NCBI GenBank assembly: GCA_964016885.1
Contig: CAXHJY010001418.1
Location: 35,074-99,073, forward strand
Direction of reading: 5' to 3'
Source: Eledone cirrhosa
Taxonomy: Eukaryota
DNA: 64,000 nucleotides
Below are positions 43,478 to 59,682 of this stretch, piece by piece. The number at the start of each line of letters is the position of its first letter. The first letter of the stretch is position 1. The notes below the pieces were generated by a model. The model was not told the origin of the DNA and ran no database searches. It saw only the letters and a program-made list of their open reading frames with translations. The translations under genes and the position numbers were made by a program.

Positions 43478-43662
<185 letters not shown>

Positions 43663-43765
43663 ATGGATACACACACACATATATATGTGTGTGTGTATCC
43701 ATCCATCTCTCTCTCTCTCTCTCTCTCTCACTCGCTCTCTCTATGTATGAATATATATATATATG

Positions 43766-43799
<34 letters not shown>

Positions 43800-43983
43800 T
43801 ACCTACCTATTTATCTCTCTCTCTCTCTCTCTTTCTCTCTCTCCTCATCCTCATTTCATCTACATCTATCATAATGTTCATTACCCACAAATCTTCTTTC
43901 TCTATATATCCAAGATATTGATACTGGTTGTCTCCCTTCTCTCTGTATCTTTCTTTCTTCCCCTCTATCCATCTCTCTCTTAT

Positions 43984-44054
<71 letters not shown>

Positions 44055-44179
44055 CTTCAATATCTCCCCCGCCTCCTCCACCTTTCTTCGTACTTTCCTC
44101 CTCAGTATCTCATCTACTTCCATCCCCATCACTCCTACTTTCTCCCCCACTATCACATCCACCATCCTCGCCACTGTAC

Positions 44180-45305
44180 CTCATCCCTTCTTAACCATCG
44201 ACCCCACCCTCATCACCACATACATTCCCCACTCCCCATCATCACATCCACCACCAGCACCACCGTTTCTCATCCCTCTTCACCATCATCATCGCCTCCA
44301 CCATCACTTCTATTCCCTACTCCCCATCATCTTCATCACACACCCTATCACCTCCACCTCCATCACCACGTCCATTCTCCACTCAACATCACCACCACCA
44401 CCACCACCTTCAGAACCACTACGAACCATCACCACCACCATCACCGCCCATCCTTTTCCCACACCCACCCCGCACCACTACGCACTACCATTTACTCCAC
44501 CACCACCACCACCACTACTGTCACCACTACAACCACCACTACCACTACCACCACCACCACCACCATTCACCGCTCCACCACCACCACCATTCACCGCTCC
44601 ACCACCACCACCATTCACCGCTCCACCACCACCACCATTCACCGCTCCACCACCACCACCATCAGCATCACCACTACTACTACCACCTTGCCAACACCAC
44701 CACCACGCACAACTACCACCACCACCACCACCATCACCACTACCACCAGCACCACCATCATCACAACCACTACCACTACCACCACCACCATTCACCGCTC
44801 CACCATCACCACCATCAGCATCACCACTAACTACTACTACCACCTTGCCAACACCACCACCACCACGCACAACTACTACCACCACCACCATCACCACTAC
44901 CACCATCACCACCATCATCACAACCACTACTAACTACCACCGCCACCTCGATCCTTTCGCCTCCCCCCTCCTCACCATCATCCCACCACCATCTCGTTCA
45001 TTTGCCTCACTCACCTACCTTACCCACCTTACCAACCCCTTCCACCTATTTTTACTGAAATATCCCGACTTCCCAAATGAGATTAACGTGCGAGAACTAT
45101 CCCATTGTGTTGTTCCTCTCTTCCGCAACACTGATCATTGCTATAATTAATTTTCTGATTTTCTTCGACTCGTTTCATCAGCACCACCATCAACTATCAA
45201 CAACGCCATCACCACGTTAGCCATCACCATCGTCACCATCATCATCATCATCATCGTCATCATAATCACCATCATCATCATCATCATCATCATCACCATC
45301 ATCAC

Positions 45306-45342
<37 letters not shown>

Positions 45343-45428
45343 GTCATTATCATCATCATCATCAGCACCACCATCAACTATCAACAACGCCATCACCACG
45401 TTAGCCATCACCATCACCATCGTCATCG

Positions 45429-45464
<36 letters not shown>

Positions 45465-45578
45465 ACTATCAACAACGCCATCACCACGCTAGCCATCACC
45501 ATCTATCATCATCAACAACGTCATCATTCTCATCGTCATCATCATCATTTTTTCTCGTCAACATCATCATCATGATCG

Positions 45579-45611
<33 letters not shown>

Positions 45612-45875
45612 CCTATACCACTAGTACGTCCTCTATCAACACCACCCTCTACATCATCCTCACCCCATCATCACCAAACCCCGGCACCACAATTAACAAA
45701 ATCGGTATCAAAATCTACCATCATCATCATCACCATCACCATCAGCATCATCATCACCATCACCACCATCATCATCACTATCACCATCACCATCACCATC
45801 ATCATCATCACTATCACCATCATCATCATCATCATCATCACCATCATCAGCATCACTAACATCATCATCATCATC

Positions 45876-45907
<32 letters not shown>

Positions 45908-46460
45908 CATCATCATCACTATCAGCATCATCATCATCACCATCATCACCATCACTAACATCATCATCATCATCATCACCATCATCACCATCATCACCAT
46001 CATCATCATCATCATCATCACCATCATCACCATCATCACCATCATCATCATCATCATCATCACCATCATCACCATCATCATCATCATCATCATCATCATC
46101 ACTATCAACATCATCATCATCACCATCATCACCATCACTAACATCACCATCATCATCATCATCATCATCACCACCATCACCATCACCATCACTAACATCA
46201 TCATCATCATCATCATCATCATGTTGTTTATCAGGTATCACCAGCATCAGTAAAAACAACGAAAACCACAATCCACATCCCTGTGCTGATACAATTGTCT
46301 ATCTTAATAATGATGATGATGCTGATGATGATGATGATGATGGTGATGATGGTGATGATGATGATTGTGATGGTGATGATGATGGTGATGATGATGATGA
46401 TGTTGATGTCTATGAGGACGACGAGGGTGAGGACTGCAATGACGTCGACGATGATGATGA
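44180..46460. repeat. (ACC)n and (CAT)n arrays with local tandem units
   Basis: 24-bp ccaccaccattcaccgctccacca units. atcaactatcaacaacgccatcaccacg occurs three times at 45190-45490. Confidence 0.9.
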
Positions 46461-46539
46461 TGTTTAAATATGGCGGCAATCAAGTTAGCTCTGATGATAT
46501 TAACTATAACACTCATCACTAATACAATCCTAAACCGCA

Positions 46540-47025
46540 TCATCATCATCATCATCATAATGATGAAAATACCCCCCCCCCCCACATAATTGTCATCGTG
46601 AGATTTCTTCATCATCATCACCATCATCACCATTATGAACAACACCAATAATATCATCATCATCATCGACATGATAATGATGAGAATAAAACACAGAATT
46701 GTCAGCGTGTGATATCTTCATCATCATCACCACCATCATCATTATAAACTCTAGCAATAACATCATCATCATCATCATCATCATCAACAACATCATAATG
46801 ATGAAAATACAACACAAAATAGTCAGCATGTGATATCATCATCATCATCATCACCACCACCATAATTATTATAAACCACACCAGTAACATCATCATCATC
46901 ACCATCAACAACGTCATAATGATGAAAATACAACACAGAATTGTCAGCGTGTGATAATCTTCATCATCATCATCATCACCACCATCATCATTATTATAGA
47001 CCACACCAATAACATCATCATCGAT
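46540..47025. repeat. ~120-bp tandem repeat (4 units) built on (CAT)n
   Basis: aaaatacaacacagaattgtcagcgtgtgata-like motif at ~46565, 46685, 46805 and 46925. Confidence 0.85.
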
Positions 47026-47638
47026 CCTCACCCAAGCTCACTACCACAAATTCCCCCTCCCCCATCACCACCTCTCCCCACTACGATCACCTTGATATTG
47101 TTATCTATATACATATGTATGTATGTATGCATTTACATATGCAGATGTATATGTCATTATATATATATATTTATGCGCGTGTGTGTGTGTGTGTGTGTGC
47201 GTCTTTATATGTATGTGTGTTTATACGAATATCTGCCTTCGTAAGTGTATTTATGACTGCGTTAGCTTTTCTATACTTGTCTCTGTGTGCGCGTGTGTAT
47301 TTACGTGTGTCATTCACTTCCTTATGACAATTGTAAAAGATTGCCGCCTGTTAGAAAGAAAGCCATCGCTTGCTCCTAGAATCGTGACCACAAAAGGCGT
47401 GTTGTGGTTTCTTAAAGTCTGCCGTCGACTTCTTTAAGTATCTATATTTCAATTCCTTTATTAAGACATAACTGTCTATGCCTCTCGCTCCATCCTCTAC
47501 CCATTGTTTTCGCCTCTCTAACTCTCTCATCTCAACCAGACTTTCATATTTTGTATTTAGGATTATATTCTCTCGGCACATTCTTTATATTTATTTTTAT
47601 TTTTGAATTGCAATAGAGATGTTTCGCAGTTTAATTCC

Positions 47639-47678
<40 letters not shown>

Positions 47679-47681
47679 CTC

Positions 47682-47722
<41 letters not shown>

Positions 47723-47781
47723 ATATTTGGGGAGGGTCATATTTGCGTAATATTGCCAGAATTAATAATTCATCGCCGCTA

Positions 47782-47898
<117 letters not shown>

Positions 47899-47911
47899 TA
47901 TATATAGATAT

Positions 47912-48243
<332 letters not shown>

Positions 48244-49106
48244 GGTCTTGGAAATGCATGGAAAATATATTTAAGGGTCTGTTTTTCATTTTTTTCTTCT
48301 TTGATTCGTCGTCAAAGTGATATTATTGAAAAAGTGAGGAGCAATTCTTTTTTCTTTTTTTAAAGGAGTTTTATAAGGTATATATAGAATATATAAACTA
48401 TAACCGGTTTCGATGTATCAGTGTGAACCAGCTGATCAAATATTGAATACGGCGGCTTTGATTTTTTCGTTTTCCTTTCTGAATGCCACACACACACGGA
48501 GAGATCCATATGTTTTAATTGTGCCATACTTTTCTTAGAAACTCACCAATTATAACTATAATAAAGGGGGAAGTGCGGGACTGCGACCCGAATATATTTT
48601 TTTATCCCGTTAGTAAAATAAGTTAGATTGCTTTCAATAAATAATGAATGAATATTACATAATTTATCTACTAAATTTCGTAGCTGTTGATTAAACATAA
48701 ATATACGTATATATATATATATATATGTATGTAAAAGTTAAACAGAAATAAAAACACAACCAGTACAGTATATGGAAGGGAATATAATGATTGCTTATTT
48801 TAAGTTTCACTTCTTTTAACATTTTCAAATGTCTACACTTCCGGTTAGCGTTCGTTATATGATAACATGTATTACATTGCTAATGTAAACATTCATATAT
48901 TTGCATCGTTATATAAGGTTTCATTATATTTCACCGTAATCAAGTTTATATATAATATCGTCTTTTTTAAATGTATCAAGGATTACTTTACTGATTAGAA
49001 AAGAGCGTGTAACACAGTCTCTCTTCAATTTCTGTGCATATTGTCAATTACGATTTTATTTGACATATCATATCTACATGCATTACATATGCACAATACA
49101 TATGCC

Positions 49107-49143
49107 AGCAGAAAACGACCCGAAGGGTCGTTTTCCTGCTAGT
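49107..49143 (+). other. 11-bp hairpin followed by CTAG|T (possible Helitron 3' end)
   Basis: gaaaacgaccc-gaa-gggtcgttttc, then ctgCTAGt. Confidence 0.4.
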
Positions 49144-49435
49144 TCTATATAAAACATTTATTTCGTTGGTACAAAGAAACTTCTGTGTGATTAGAGACAC
49201 AGATTATTTTTTATTTCTTGTTCTGTAAACATGTGATGATAAAGTACTTAGTAATTTGGTCACACAGAGTTGCCATATTGAGTTCTCTTCTGGTAATCAA
49301 ATGCTACACCCGTTTCCAGTTTGTTTGTTTGCTTTTGTGTTAGAGACATGGTATTGGCAGCGCTGGAAATTGAAGAGTGACAGAAAAAGCTAGAAATAAT
49401 AGTTTCTTCTCTCATTAAGGAATGTGGTGTATGTT

Positions 49436-49509
<74 letters not shown>

Positions 49510-50192
49510 AGTGTCATAAAGTGTTTGCATGTAGTTGATAATCTGCGTCTATATGTGAATATGTGTGTACGTATTTGTTCCCATATATGTATGTGCCTGT
49601 TTGAAAATATGTATATGTATGTGAGTCTATGTTTCTCTCTTTGTGGGGAAGTGTATGAGTATTCAGTTTTTGCAAGGAACGAGTATGGAAGGTGAGGGGG
49701 TGGGGTGCTCTTGTTATTGCTAATATAATATATGTATATTTTTTTGTTGTCTCCATTATATCAATATATTTTTTCTTCAAGTATGTCGTGTGACAATAGA
49801 ATAACTTCTTTCAGTCTTTTTGTCATAAATATTCGTCTGTTGAAAACTCTTGCTGTTTCATTGTATTGTGTTATGATTTTAAAGGGGGTTGTGTTGCTTT
49901 GTTGAGGATTTAGACGCCATTGTTTGGAAATCTCCGAAGATATTGCACAAAATGTCAAGTAACATCCGGGTTCCTATGTTTATTTCAGTCAAAAAGAAAC
50001 TCCACTGGTGCACAACATCCTTTCGGTGCTAAGTAATTTAACATTTTCGAGAAAGATCCAGCATTCACACTTGTTAAATCCAAAAACTTTCAGAGCACAA
50101 CTCGAACGAATATCTCACATCAATCCGAAAACCGTCATCATCATCATCATCAACATCTACTATTATTAATATTATTATTATCACTACTACTC

Positions 50193-50378
50193 ACCATGCT
50201 TTGCAGCATAGAGTTATGGCCCTTTATGACCTGAGTTCAAATCCCGCCGAGATCAAATTTGCCTTTCATCCTTACGGGGTCAATAAAATAAAGCACCAGT
50301 AACGTACTGGGGTCGATTTAATCGACTTTCCCTACCCCCAAAACTGCTGACCTTGTGCCTATTCTAGAAATCATTATT
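50193..50378 (+). mobile_element. MetaSINE-like SINE (5'-truncated)
   Basis: Consensus match. Confidence 0.9.
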
Positions 50379-50382
50379 ATCT

Positions 50383-50479
<97 letters not shown>

Positions 50480-50569
50480 CAAGGAGAAGAACAGCTAAAT
50501 CAGGAGCAACCACAACGACAAAATAACTACATCAGCATCAACATCAACAACAATAACAATGATAATGTT

Positions 50570-50760
50570 GTTCGCTTTAGGCACAAGGCCAACAGTATTT
50601 TGGTGGGAGGGCAAAGTCGATTATATCCACCCCGGTGCATTACTGGTACTTTATTTTATCGACCCCAAACGGATGAAAGACAAAGCTAACCTCGACGGGA
50701 TTTGAAGTCAGAGCAAAAAGGGACGTATATGTCCGAGGCACTACCAATACTGCCAATCCA
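50570..50760 (-). mobile_element. MetaSINE-like SINE
   Basis: Reverse-complement consensus match. Confidence 0.85.
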
Positions 50761-51225
50761 CTGCAAGGGTCTCTACACCCCAAAAGTGGATACGTTGTAT
50801 CTATCACAAGGGATAAGGGAGGGGGTCGTGTCGCAGAAAATAGGAATAACAAGGCAATTATTGGGGATATTGCTAAACCGTGTGGCCACAGTGTAAATCC
50901 ATAGGAAGGTGAGAAAGTTGAGAAGTATCAGAAACTGAAGAGAGAAATCGGGTAACTATGGAGAATCATTCTCTTAGAAGTAATACCGATTGTTGGTGGA
51001 ACACTGGGAGGATTTAGCAAAAGGCTGAACACATGGCTTGAGAAGCTAGGAATTTCGACCAGGACATGATTGTTGCAGAAAACTGACTTTATAGGAAGAG
51101 CAAGGAGAGTAAAGAGTGTGTTAGAATATTGAAGGCGAAGGACTAACGCAAAGGCCTTTTGGCCATTAGCTATGGCTCGCTCTTTTGGTGTCGGCATAAC
51201 ATCTGCCCAAGCAAAAGCATTACGC

Positions 51226-51227
<2 letters not shown>
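50761..51227 (+). pseudogene. Internally deleted R4/Dong-clade non-LTR retrotransposon (thumb remnant plus RLE C-terminus and 3' UTR)
   Basis: HPK/VDTLY..GGGR remnant, then IIGDIAKP...EKVEKYQKLKREIG*LW...VIPIVGGTLG...LQK...GRARRVKSVL* with in-frame stops. It runs into (GAT)n(AAT)n. Confidence 0.85.
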
Positions 51228-51276
<49 letters not shown>

Positions 51277-51334
51277 GTCTTGATAATAATAATAATCATA
51301 ATGATAATAATAACTATTATAATAATAGTAATGA

Positions 51335-51762
51335 GGGCGGTGGGTTGGCAGTATCGGTAGAGAGTCAAACACCATGCTTTGCAGCATAGAGTTACGCCCT
51401 CTTATGGTCTGAGTTCAAATCCTACCGAGGTTAACTTTGCCTTTCATCCTTACGGGGTTGATAAAATAAAGCACCAGTAACGTACTGGGGTCGATTTAAT
51501 CGACTTTCCCCTACCACCATATTACTGGCATTGTGGGCTACTTCCTACAATTGTAAATGTTCGAATTATTATTATTATTATTGGCACTATCGGTAGAGGG
51601 TCGGACACCATGATTTGACGCATAGAGTTACGGCCCTTGCCATTCTGAGCTCAAATCCCGCCGAGGTTAACTTTGCCTTTCATCCTTACGGGGTCGATAA
51701 AATAAAGTACCAGTAATGTACTGTGTTATTGCTGGCCTTGTGCCAATAGTAGAAACAATTAT
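51335..51762 (+). mobile_element. Two MetaSINE-like SINEs (~51335-51535 and ~51582-51762)
   Basis: Consensus match twice, separated by (TTA)n. Confidence 0.9.
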
Positions 51763-52253
51763 TATTATTATGAAATATTAAAAGATGCAATTTCCAAATC
51801 CAATAATCAAACAACATATATTGTAGAAAAAATTATGAACAATCGAAAATAAATAATTGTGATGATGGAGATGATGATTACTGTAGAACAAACGACAACG
51901 ACGAAGGCGATGATGATGATGATCATCACTATTATGGTGCTGTTGGTGAGGAAAGTTGCGGATATTGGTGGCGCTGGTGCTGGTGGTCGTTGTGGTTATG
52001 ATAAATGCTATCAAAAAGTTTTTAAGCACTTTCTTATCACGGTTATGTCCTTCTGTGCATAGAACTTTCTAGAGATTCTTGGCGATTTGTTTTTCTCATG
52101 TTTAATTAGCATTAAATACTTATAAAAGACGCACGCACGCTTTGAATGATATCACATAGTGAACATAACGAAGTCTTATCATAAATGGTCATTGCCAAAT
52201 AAAGCCCTATCTATTCTTCTTTATACAAAGAAATAATACACACACAAACATAG

Positions 52254-52314
<61 letters not shown>

Positions 52315-52367
52315 TATATTATATATATATGTATATGTATTTAAGTAGGAATATATATTTATATAAA

Positions 52368-52417
<50 letters not shown>

Positions 52418-52559
52418 AATATAAATGTATCATATGTAAATATGATACATTTATATTTTGAATTATATATTACATTTAATCTTAAAATAAGTACTATTAA
52501 CGTATGTATGCTTGTGTAATTATATTTTGTATTTATGCACACAAACACACACCTATATA

Positions 52560-52717
<158 letters not shown>

Positions 52718-52758
52718 ATATCAGTGTAAATACATAAACAGAAAATATCATTTTATGA

Positions 52759-52800
<42 letters not shown>

Positions 52801-54017
52801 ATGCTACATATTTGTGTTTATGTCGCTTCATCTCTCTCTTTCTGTCGCTCTCTTTGTATGTGTGTGTGTATATATATATAATAATGTTTCTATGTGTGTA
52901 AGTGTATGTACACATATACTGCGTTTGTGTTTGTGTTTGTTTATATGAGTCTAATCAGCTCCCGTTCTCTGCAGCAATAAACAGGAATAATTGTGATATA
53001 TCTTCGTTCGTATTTATACAAACACCACATTATATATTCATAACTATTTTTCTAGAAGTCACGTTTGAAATGAATGAAATATAACTTGTGCATATATTTG
53101 ATAGTCTATAAAAGACCTTTTCACAGAATTGAAAATGTTATATGACCAGTATTCTTAGCCAAAAACAGGAATATTCACTGGTTTCAAATATGATTGTCAA
53201 ATGATGAACTTTTCCTAATTTATTTATTTATTTATTTATTCGCTTTTTTATTTATTTATTTATTTTATCTATTTATTCTTTTATCATTATTACACTTACT
53301 GCTATTATTTTGGTTCTTACTATTTTTAAACGAATATCAGTTGAATTTTTTTAAAAGTGTGTTTTCAAAATGTATTTTTTTTTTTTGCCTGCTTTCTAAA
53401 TTGAAATATCTTAACAAGAATAAAAAAAAAAAAGTAAAAAATGAGTGGAAAAAACCTGAAAAATCGAAAACGTAATTCACATTACGATTATTTTCACTTT
53501 CACCAAAAGCAACAAGAATCCACACAAAAATATGTATTTTTTTTTATTAAAATATGAATAGTAAAAAGTAATAATAATAAATATAATAATGACAATAATA
53601 ATAATAATAATAATGATATTAAATGATGTCGTAGAAAGAACTCATTTCAGCTGAATCATCTACATTGAATTATATTTTTTTGTCAAAGTTTTCTCAATGA
53701 TAGTTGATAGTGCGCTTTTAACATTTCAACTCAAATGTGATGATAAAATAAGCTTTTATCATCGCTATTGTGTGGTCATACAAAAGACACATGCCCATAG
53801 TGCATATACACAATACATGCATACATGCATACATATAGATATATGAAAATTATATATATATATATATATATGTTTGAATGTATACATATATATATATGTT
53901 TGAATGCATGTTATATATATATATGTATATAATATATATATATATATGTTTATTTATATGTACATATATATATATATATGTTTTATATATATATATACAT
54001 ATATGTATATATATGTT

Positions 54018-54048
<31 letters not shown>

Positions 54049-54079
54049 TATGTATATATACATATATATATATATATAA

Positions 54080-54111
<32 letters not shown>

Positions 54112-54114
54112 GTT

Positions 54115-54164
<50 letters not shown>

Positions 54165-55074
54165 AATATACATGTGTGTGTATAACTTTCAAGCGTATTT
54201 GTTTAAGAACTATTCAGCTGACAAACTGTGAATTAGGTTATATATACTGTTTTTTACTCTTTGCTTTTTTTTCATAATGTTCAATTTCGTTTTAGGCTAT
54301 TCTTATTTATATTGCGAGAAGATAGGATACGTACCTATCAATGCTAATGGGAATCAATAATTGAATTGGAATTATTGATTTCTGATTTAAGCAGGAGATT
54401 AATTATTATTTATTACGCGGACAGGTATGATATCTTCGTTTTGTACTTGGCTTCCTAATATGTATTTATGACGATTTTAAAGGGGAAATAGATTTAGTTT
54501 GAACTTCAAATTGATATCACATATATGTAATGGCAATGGCCCCCTTAGCTGCAAATAATAATTTGGATATTAAAAGCGTTCGAAGTTCTGTATCTTCAAA
54601 GAGAAATCGGTTGATTTGCAAGCTATTTTCTTGTTTATATATAGCCCCAATCCGAAATATATCAAACGTTTATTTTTCGATCTCGTAAAAAAAATATTTT
54701 CATATATTCGTTTATGAATTTACTTGTTTGAATTAAATATTCCATCATTTTCTGGAGCATGATTCCGTAAATTTCAGTCCTTCATAACGGTATATATAGT
54801 ATAAATATAATCCTCGTATATATTCTAAAATAGCTTAAGTTGCCACGTTTTCGAAAATAGCTGATTGAATAAACACGTGGTGTTTCTCAAAAACCGTTTT
54901 TCCGTCATTCCTCATCTCACTCACTATTTTTTATTTTAAGTTTTATATCCCAATCTATCTCTTGATGAAGAACTATTGTCCAAATCGTAAAGCATCCTTT
55001 CCTACTATGCCAAGCGTTAAACTAATATATTGCTTCATTGTATTCTGTTTTTCCAATGTTGTCTCTATTTAATT

Positions 55075-55200
55075 ATCAGAAGATCCCGTTAAGAGTGAAA
55101 GCAGCGATTCTTTGCTTAAACTTTAATCTGTTACTTTAATAAATATTTGCTCTACGGTTTTTATATATTTTTATATATTAGTCTTCACATTTATTATTAT
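55075..55200 (+). mobile_element. Family A element (single arm)
   Basis: cagaagatcccgttaagagtgaaagcagcgattctttgcttaaactttaatctg plus tail, ending in (TA)n. Confidence 0.85.
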
Positions 55201-55201
55201 A

Positions 55202-55308
<107 letters not shown>

Positions 55309-55491
55309 ATACTCTTCTTCAACCTTCCAATCTCCAGTCTCTTCTAACTTATATCTCTTCTAATGATAGACTAACGTCCGATATGTGGAAAGATACGATT
55401 TCTTTCCCAACAAGCATGAGATTAATAAGAATTTGTGTTACTGAATCTCTCACTTCGTCTTTTGTTTTCTCGAACTATCTATCTATCTATC

Positions 55492-55530
<39 letters not shown>

Positions 55531-55558
55531 GATATGGATATATTTATAGATATATGTA

Positions 55559-55620
<62 letters not shown>

Positions 55621-55976
55621 AACATATCACTTCTCTCAAACCAGTGATTGATACGATAGATATACGACTTATGGCAGATAGAGCGATAAACAAAGACGAG
55701 GGGAGGACGCAGAAATACAGAGAGAGGAGGGAGAAAAAGAAGAAATATATGGATTGATGGTGAAGTTAATTACTAATGTTATCGATTGTTGGTGTCTTTC
55801 TTTATGATTTTGTTGTTTATGTCAATGTTGTTGCTGTTTTGTATTTTGTTTTTAAATCTGACATCATTGCTCTTATATATATATGTATATATATATATTA
55901 AGCGAAGATGAAGTCTGATGGGTATTTAACCTTAAAACCCCTCCTGGGTCGCGTATTGATCATTTTTTTGTTTTCC

Positions 55977-56021
55977 ATGCCATTGATAAGCCCATTCTGG
56001 GCGAAACGTACGTAGGTGCAT
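55977..56021 (+). ncRNA. Minimal type I hammerhead motif with U3-A8 core (UUGAUAA)
   Basis: atgcca-TTGATAA-gccca(ttc)tgggc-GAAAC(gtac)GTA-ggtgcat, within a ~170-bp insert between (TA)n tracts. Confidence 0.72.
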
Positions 56022-56066
56022 TCTTATATAAACATGTTTTTACGGTTTATACTCCTTGTATTCATT

Positions 56067-56109
<43 letters not shown>

Positions 56110-56113
<4 letters not shown>

Positions 56114-56298
56114 AAAAGGTTCAGGACCCCGACGGCAGAGCCCAACCCGTTTCGACGGCTATTTCTGGACTCGTTGAAACGGCTTGAGCTCTGCCGTCGG
56201 AGTCCTGAACCTTTTCGTATTACCCACTCTACTACCCAAAGTATCGAACACTCTGGTGCGTTATGGTCCACCTGGTTCCTTACCGCACTTCCTTCATT
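56110..56298 (+). mobile_element. Family B fold-back element in (TA)n
   Basis: Short inverted arm at 56110-56170, then gaaacggcttgagctctgccgtc and the family B tail. Confidence 0.87.
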
Positions 56299-56320
56299 AT
56301 ATATATATATATATATATAT

Positions 56321-56408
56321 AGTAATAATAATAAATTTGAAGACTAAAATCCAAAGAGGGCTCGATAGGGATAAATATATATCAAATATATAAGAACCGT
56401 AGAGCATA
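56321..56408 (-). mobile_element. Family A 3' tail only
   Basis: Near-identical to 47912-48000. Confidence 0.85.
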
Positions 56409-56514
56409 AATATATATATATATATATATTATGTTCGAAGCTAAATTCTAATTCTCTTCTCTCTTTCTCTCACTCCCCCCCCCTCTCTCTCTCTCTCTCT
56501 CTCACTCTCTCTCC

Positions 56515-56549
<35 letters not shown>

Positions 56550-56552
56550 TCT

Positions 56553-56635
<83 letters not shown>

Positions 56636-57084
56636 AATAAAGAAATATATCTATCTATCTAACTATCTATCTCTCTATCTATCCATCTATCTCGATCTGT
56701 CTATTTATCTGTCTATCTAAATATATATTAACATCTATCTATATATACATCTGACTGTCTCTCCGACTCATATCCTATCTATTACTCTCTTCCTATCCTT
56801 CTCTTTCCCTCTTCTCTCACTTTACACACACATAGAGACTGAGAGAGAGAGAGAGAGAGTGGTGGAGACAGATGAGGAACTGAGAGAGAGAGGGGGGAAC
56901 GAGTGGGGAGACTGTGAGGGAAAGGGAGAGGAGGAAATGAAAGACAGAGTGGAGTTAATTGCCGTTGTTGTGTGTCCATGCGTTTGACAAGCTCAGTGTT
57001 TTTGCGGCTTTTTGGCCCTATAAGCAAGTGGTCAACCATTACAGCTTGCATCACACTAGCAACGATACGGTCCAATTGCTAAAT

Positions 57085-57319
57085 CATTTACAGCTCTAGC
57101 ACGGAAGAGATATAAAGACGCATAAAAAAACAAAACAACAAAAAAAAACAACATTCTCTATCATCATCATCATCATCATCGTCGTCATCATCATCATCAT
57201 CATCATCATCGTCATCATCATCATCATCATCGTTATTAGCATTACAGTCTCTAGCACGGAAGATATAAAGACGCATAACAAAAAAAAACAACAAAAAAAC
57301 AACGACCTTCTCTATCATC

Positions 57320-57375
<56 letters not shown>

Positions 57376-57545
57376 TATCATCATCGTCATCATCATCATC
57401 GTTATCAGCATTACAGTCTCTAGCACGGAAGATATAAAGACGCATAACAAAAAAACAAACAAAACAAAAACAAAGCAAAACAACTTCCTCCAACATCATC
57501 ATCATCATCGTTATCATCATCATCATCGTTATCAGCATTACAATC
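57085..57545. repeat. ~155-170-bp tandem triplication with (CAT)n spacers
   Basis: acag(t)ctctagcacggaagatataaagacgcataa at ~57090, 57244 and 57413. Confidence 0.9.
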
Positions 57546-57654
57546 GTGATCATCACCATTTTCATCATCATCATCGTCATCATCAACATTACTTCATTGT
57601 GATGAACAACAACATTATATACAAATGCAAACCCACCCAGCAAGGCCTCATAAT

Positions 57655-57960
<306 letters not shown>

Positions 57961-58452
57961 TAATAATAATAACAATAATAACAACAATAAACATAAAATG
58001 GACGAAAAGAACATAAAACCAGGAACAGGAGCTAAAACATTTATCTTATTACTGGCAAAGGCCAGTGTAAAAAAGAAAGATATACAAAAACAGTTTGAAG
58101 AGAAACAAGTAAAAAGAAATCGACTTGAACAGTGGCTTTATACGAACAGAACTAATATAATAATACACATGTATCCACAAATGTACACATATATATACAT
58201 ATATATATATATACATTTACAAACATACAATTATACACTTAAATACATACCCACATACACACAAACACGCACACAAACACATATATATATGTATGTATAT
58301 ATATATACATTTACAAACATACAATTATACACTTAAATACATACACACATACACACAAACACATATATATGTATGTATTTATATTATGTATATATATATG
58401 CATATATATATATGTATATATATGGTCGCAGCCTAATGACTGAAACTAATAA

Positions 58453-58488
<36 letters not shown>

Positions 58489-58519
58489 CTACGTTGTATT
58501 TATCTTACTCTTTCTGACC

Positions 58520-58639
<120 letters not shown>

Positions 58640-58679
58640 CACATCGATAGATATAGATAGATACATAGATATAAAAGAA

Positions 58680-58723
<44 letters not shown>

Positions 58724-59365
58724 ACACACAAATATAATAATCAAATATAGTTGGCAAACTTACCGATAAAAATACAAAATAATTATAAATACAAATATAA
58801 ATATAAATACGTAAAAAAAAATTACATTAAAATATAAAAAATACAGAAAATAACAACACGAACCGCAGATCCATGAGAAATTCGAAAATCTATTTTAACA
58901 AGGTTTATTTGTTCTACATCACATTCCATCGATTGCTTCAACGATACTGTCCTATCCGCCATTTTAATTCATCGCTATGTTGGTTTCACTTTCTTGTGGT
59001 CGAACTTATCAAATATTAGAGGCGCGGAAACGGCTATAAGCATATTAACTTTCTCCCCTTAATATTATTATTATTATTTTTATTTTTATTAATATTATTG
59101 TTTCTGTTGTTCTTCATCTTGTTGTTTCTGTTGGTGCTGTTGTTTTTGTTGTTGATTTTGGTGGTGGTGTTTTATTTTATATTCATTTTTATCAGATCAG
59201 ACTCATTAGTTCTGTAGGGTTGTTTCGTTGCCTCTTTTGTAAAAAACCGTTCTATTTGGCAAGTAAAAATCCCTTGTTTGAAGTTGACATTTAACTTGAC
59301 TGTTATTGTTTTTTCTAATTAAAACCAAATGGAAAGTGCAATGATGAAATGAAAACGCAACCATA

Positions 59366-59520
<155 letters not shown>

Positions 59521-59552
59521 CATATATATGTATGTATATATATATATGTGTG

Positions 59553-59583
<31 letters not shown>

Positions 59584-59650
59584 GTATATATATATATACA
59601 TGTATATATATATATGTATATATACATGTATGTGGATATATATATATATG

Positions 59651-59682
<32 letters not shown>

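Noticed and set aside
49761-49958. ORF faintly resembling a PLE endonuclease (SSEISKQWRL)
   Set aside because: The downstream C.LC and C.H motifs are absent and the similarity is too weak.
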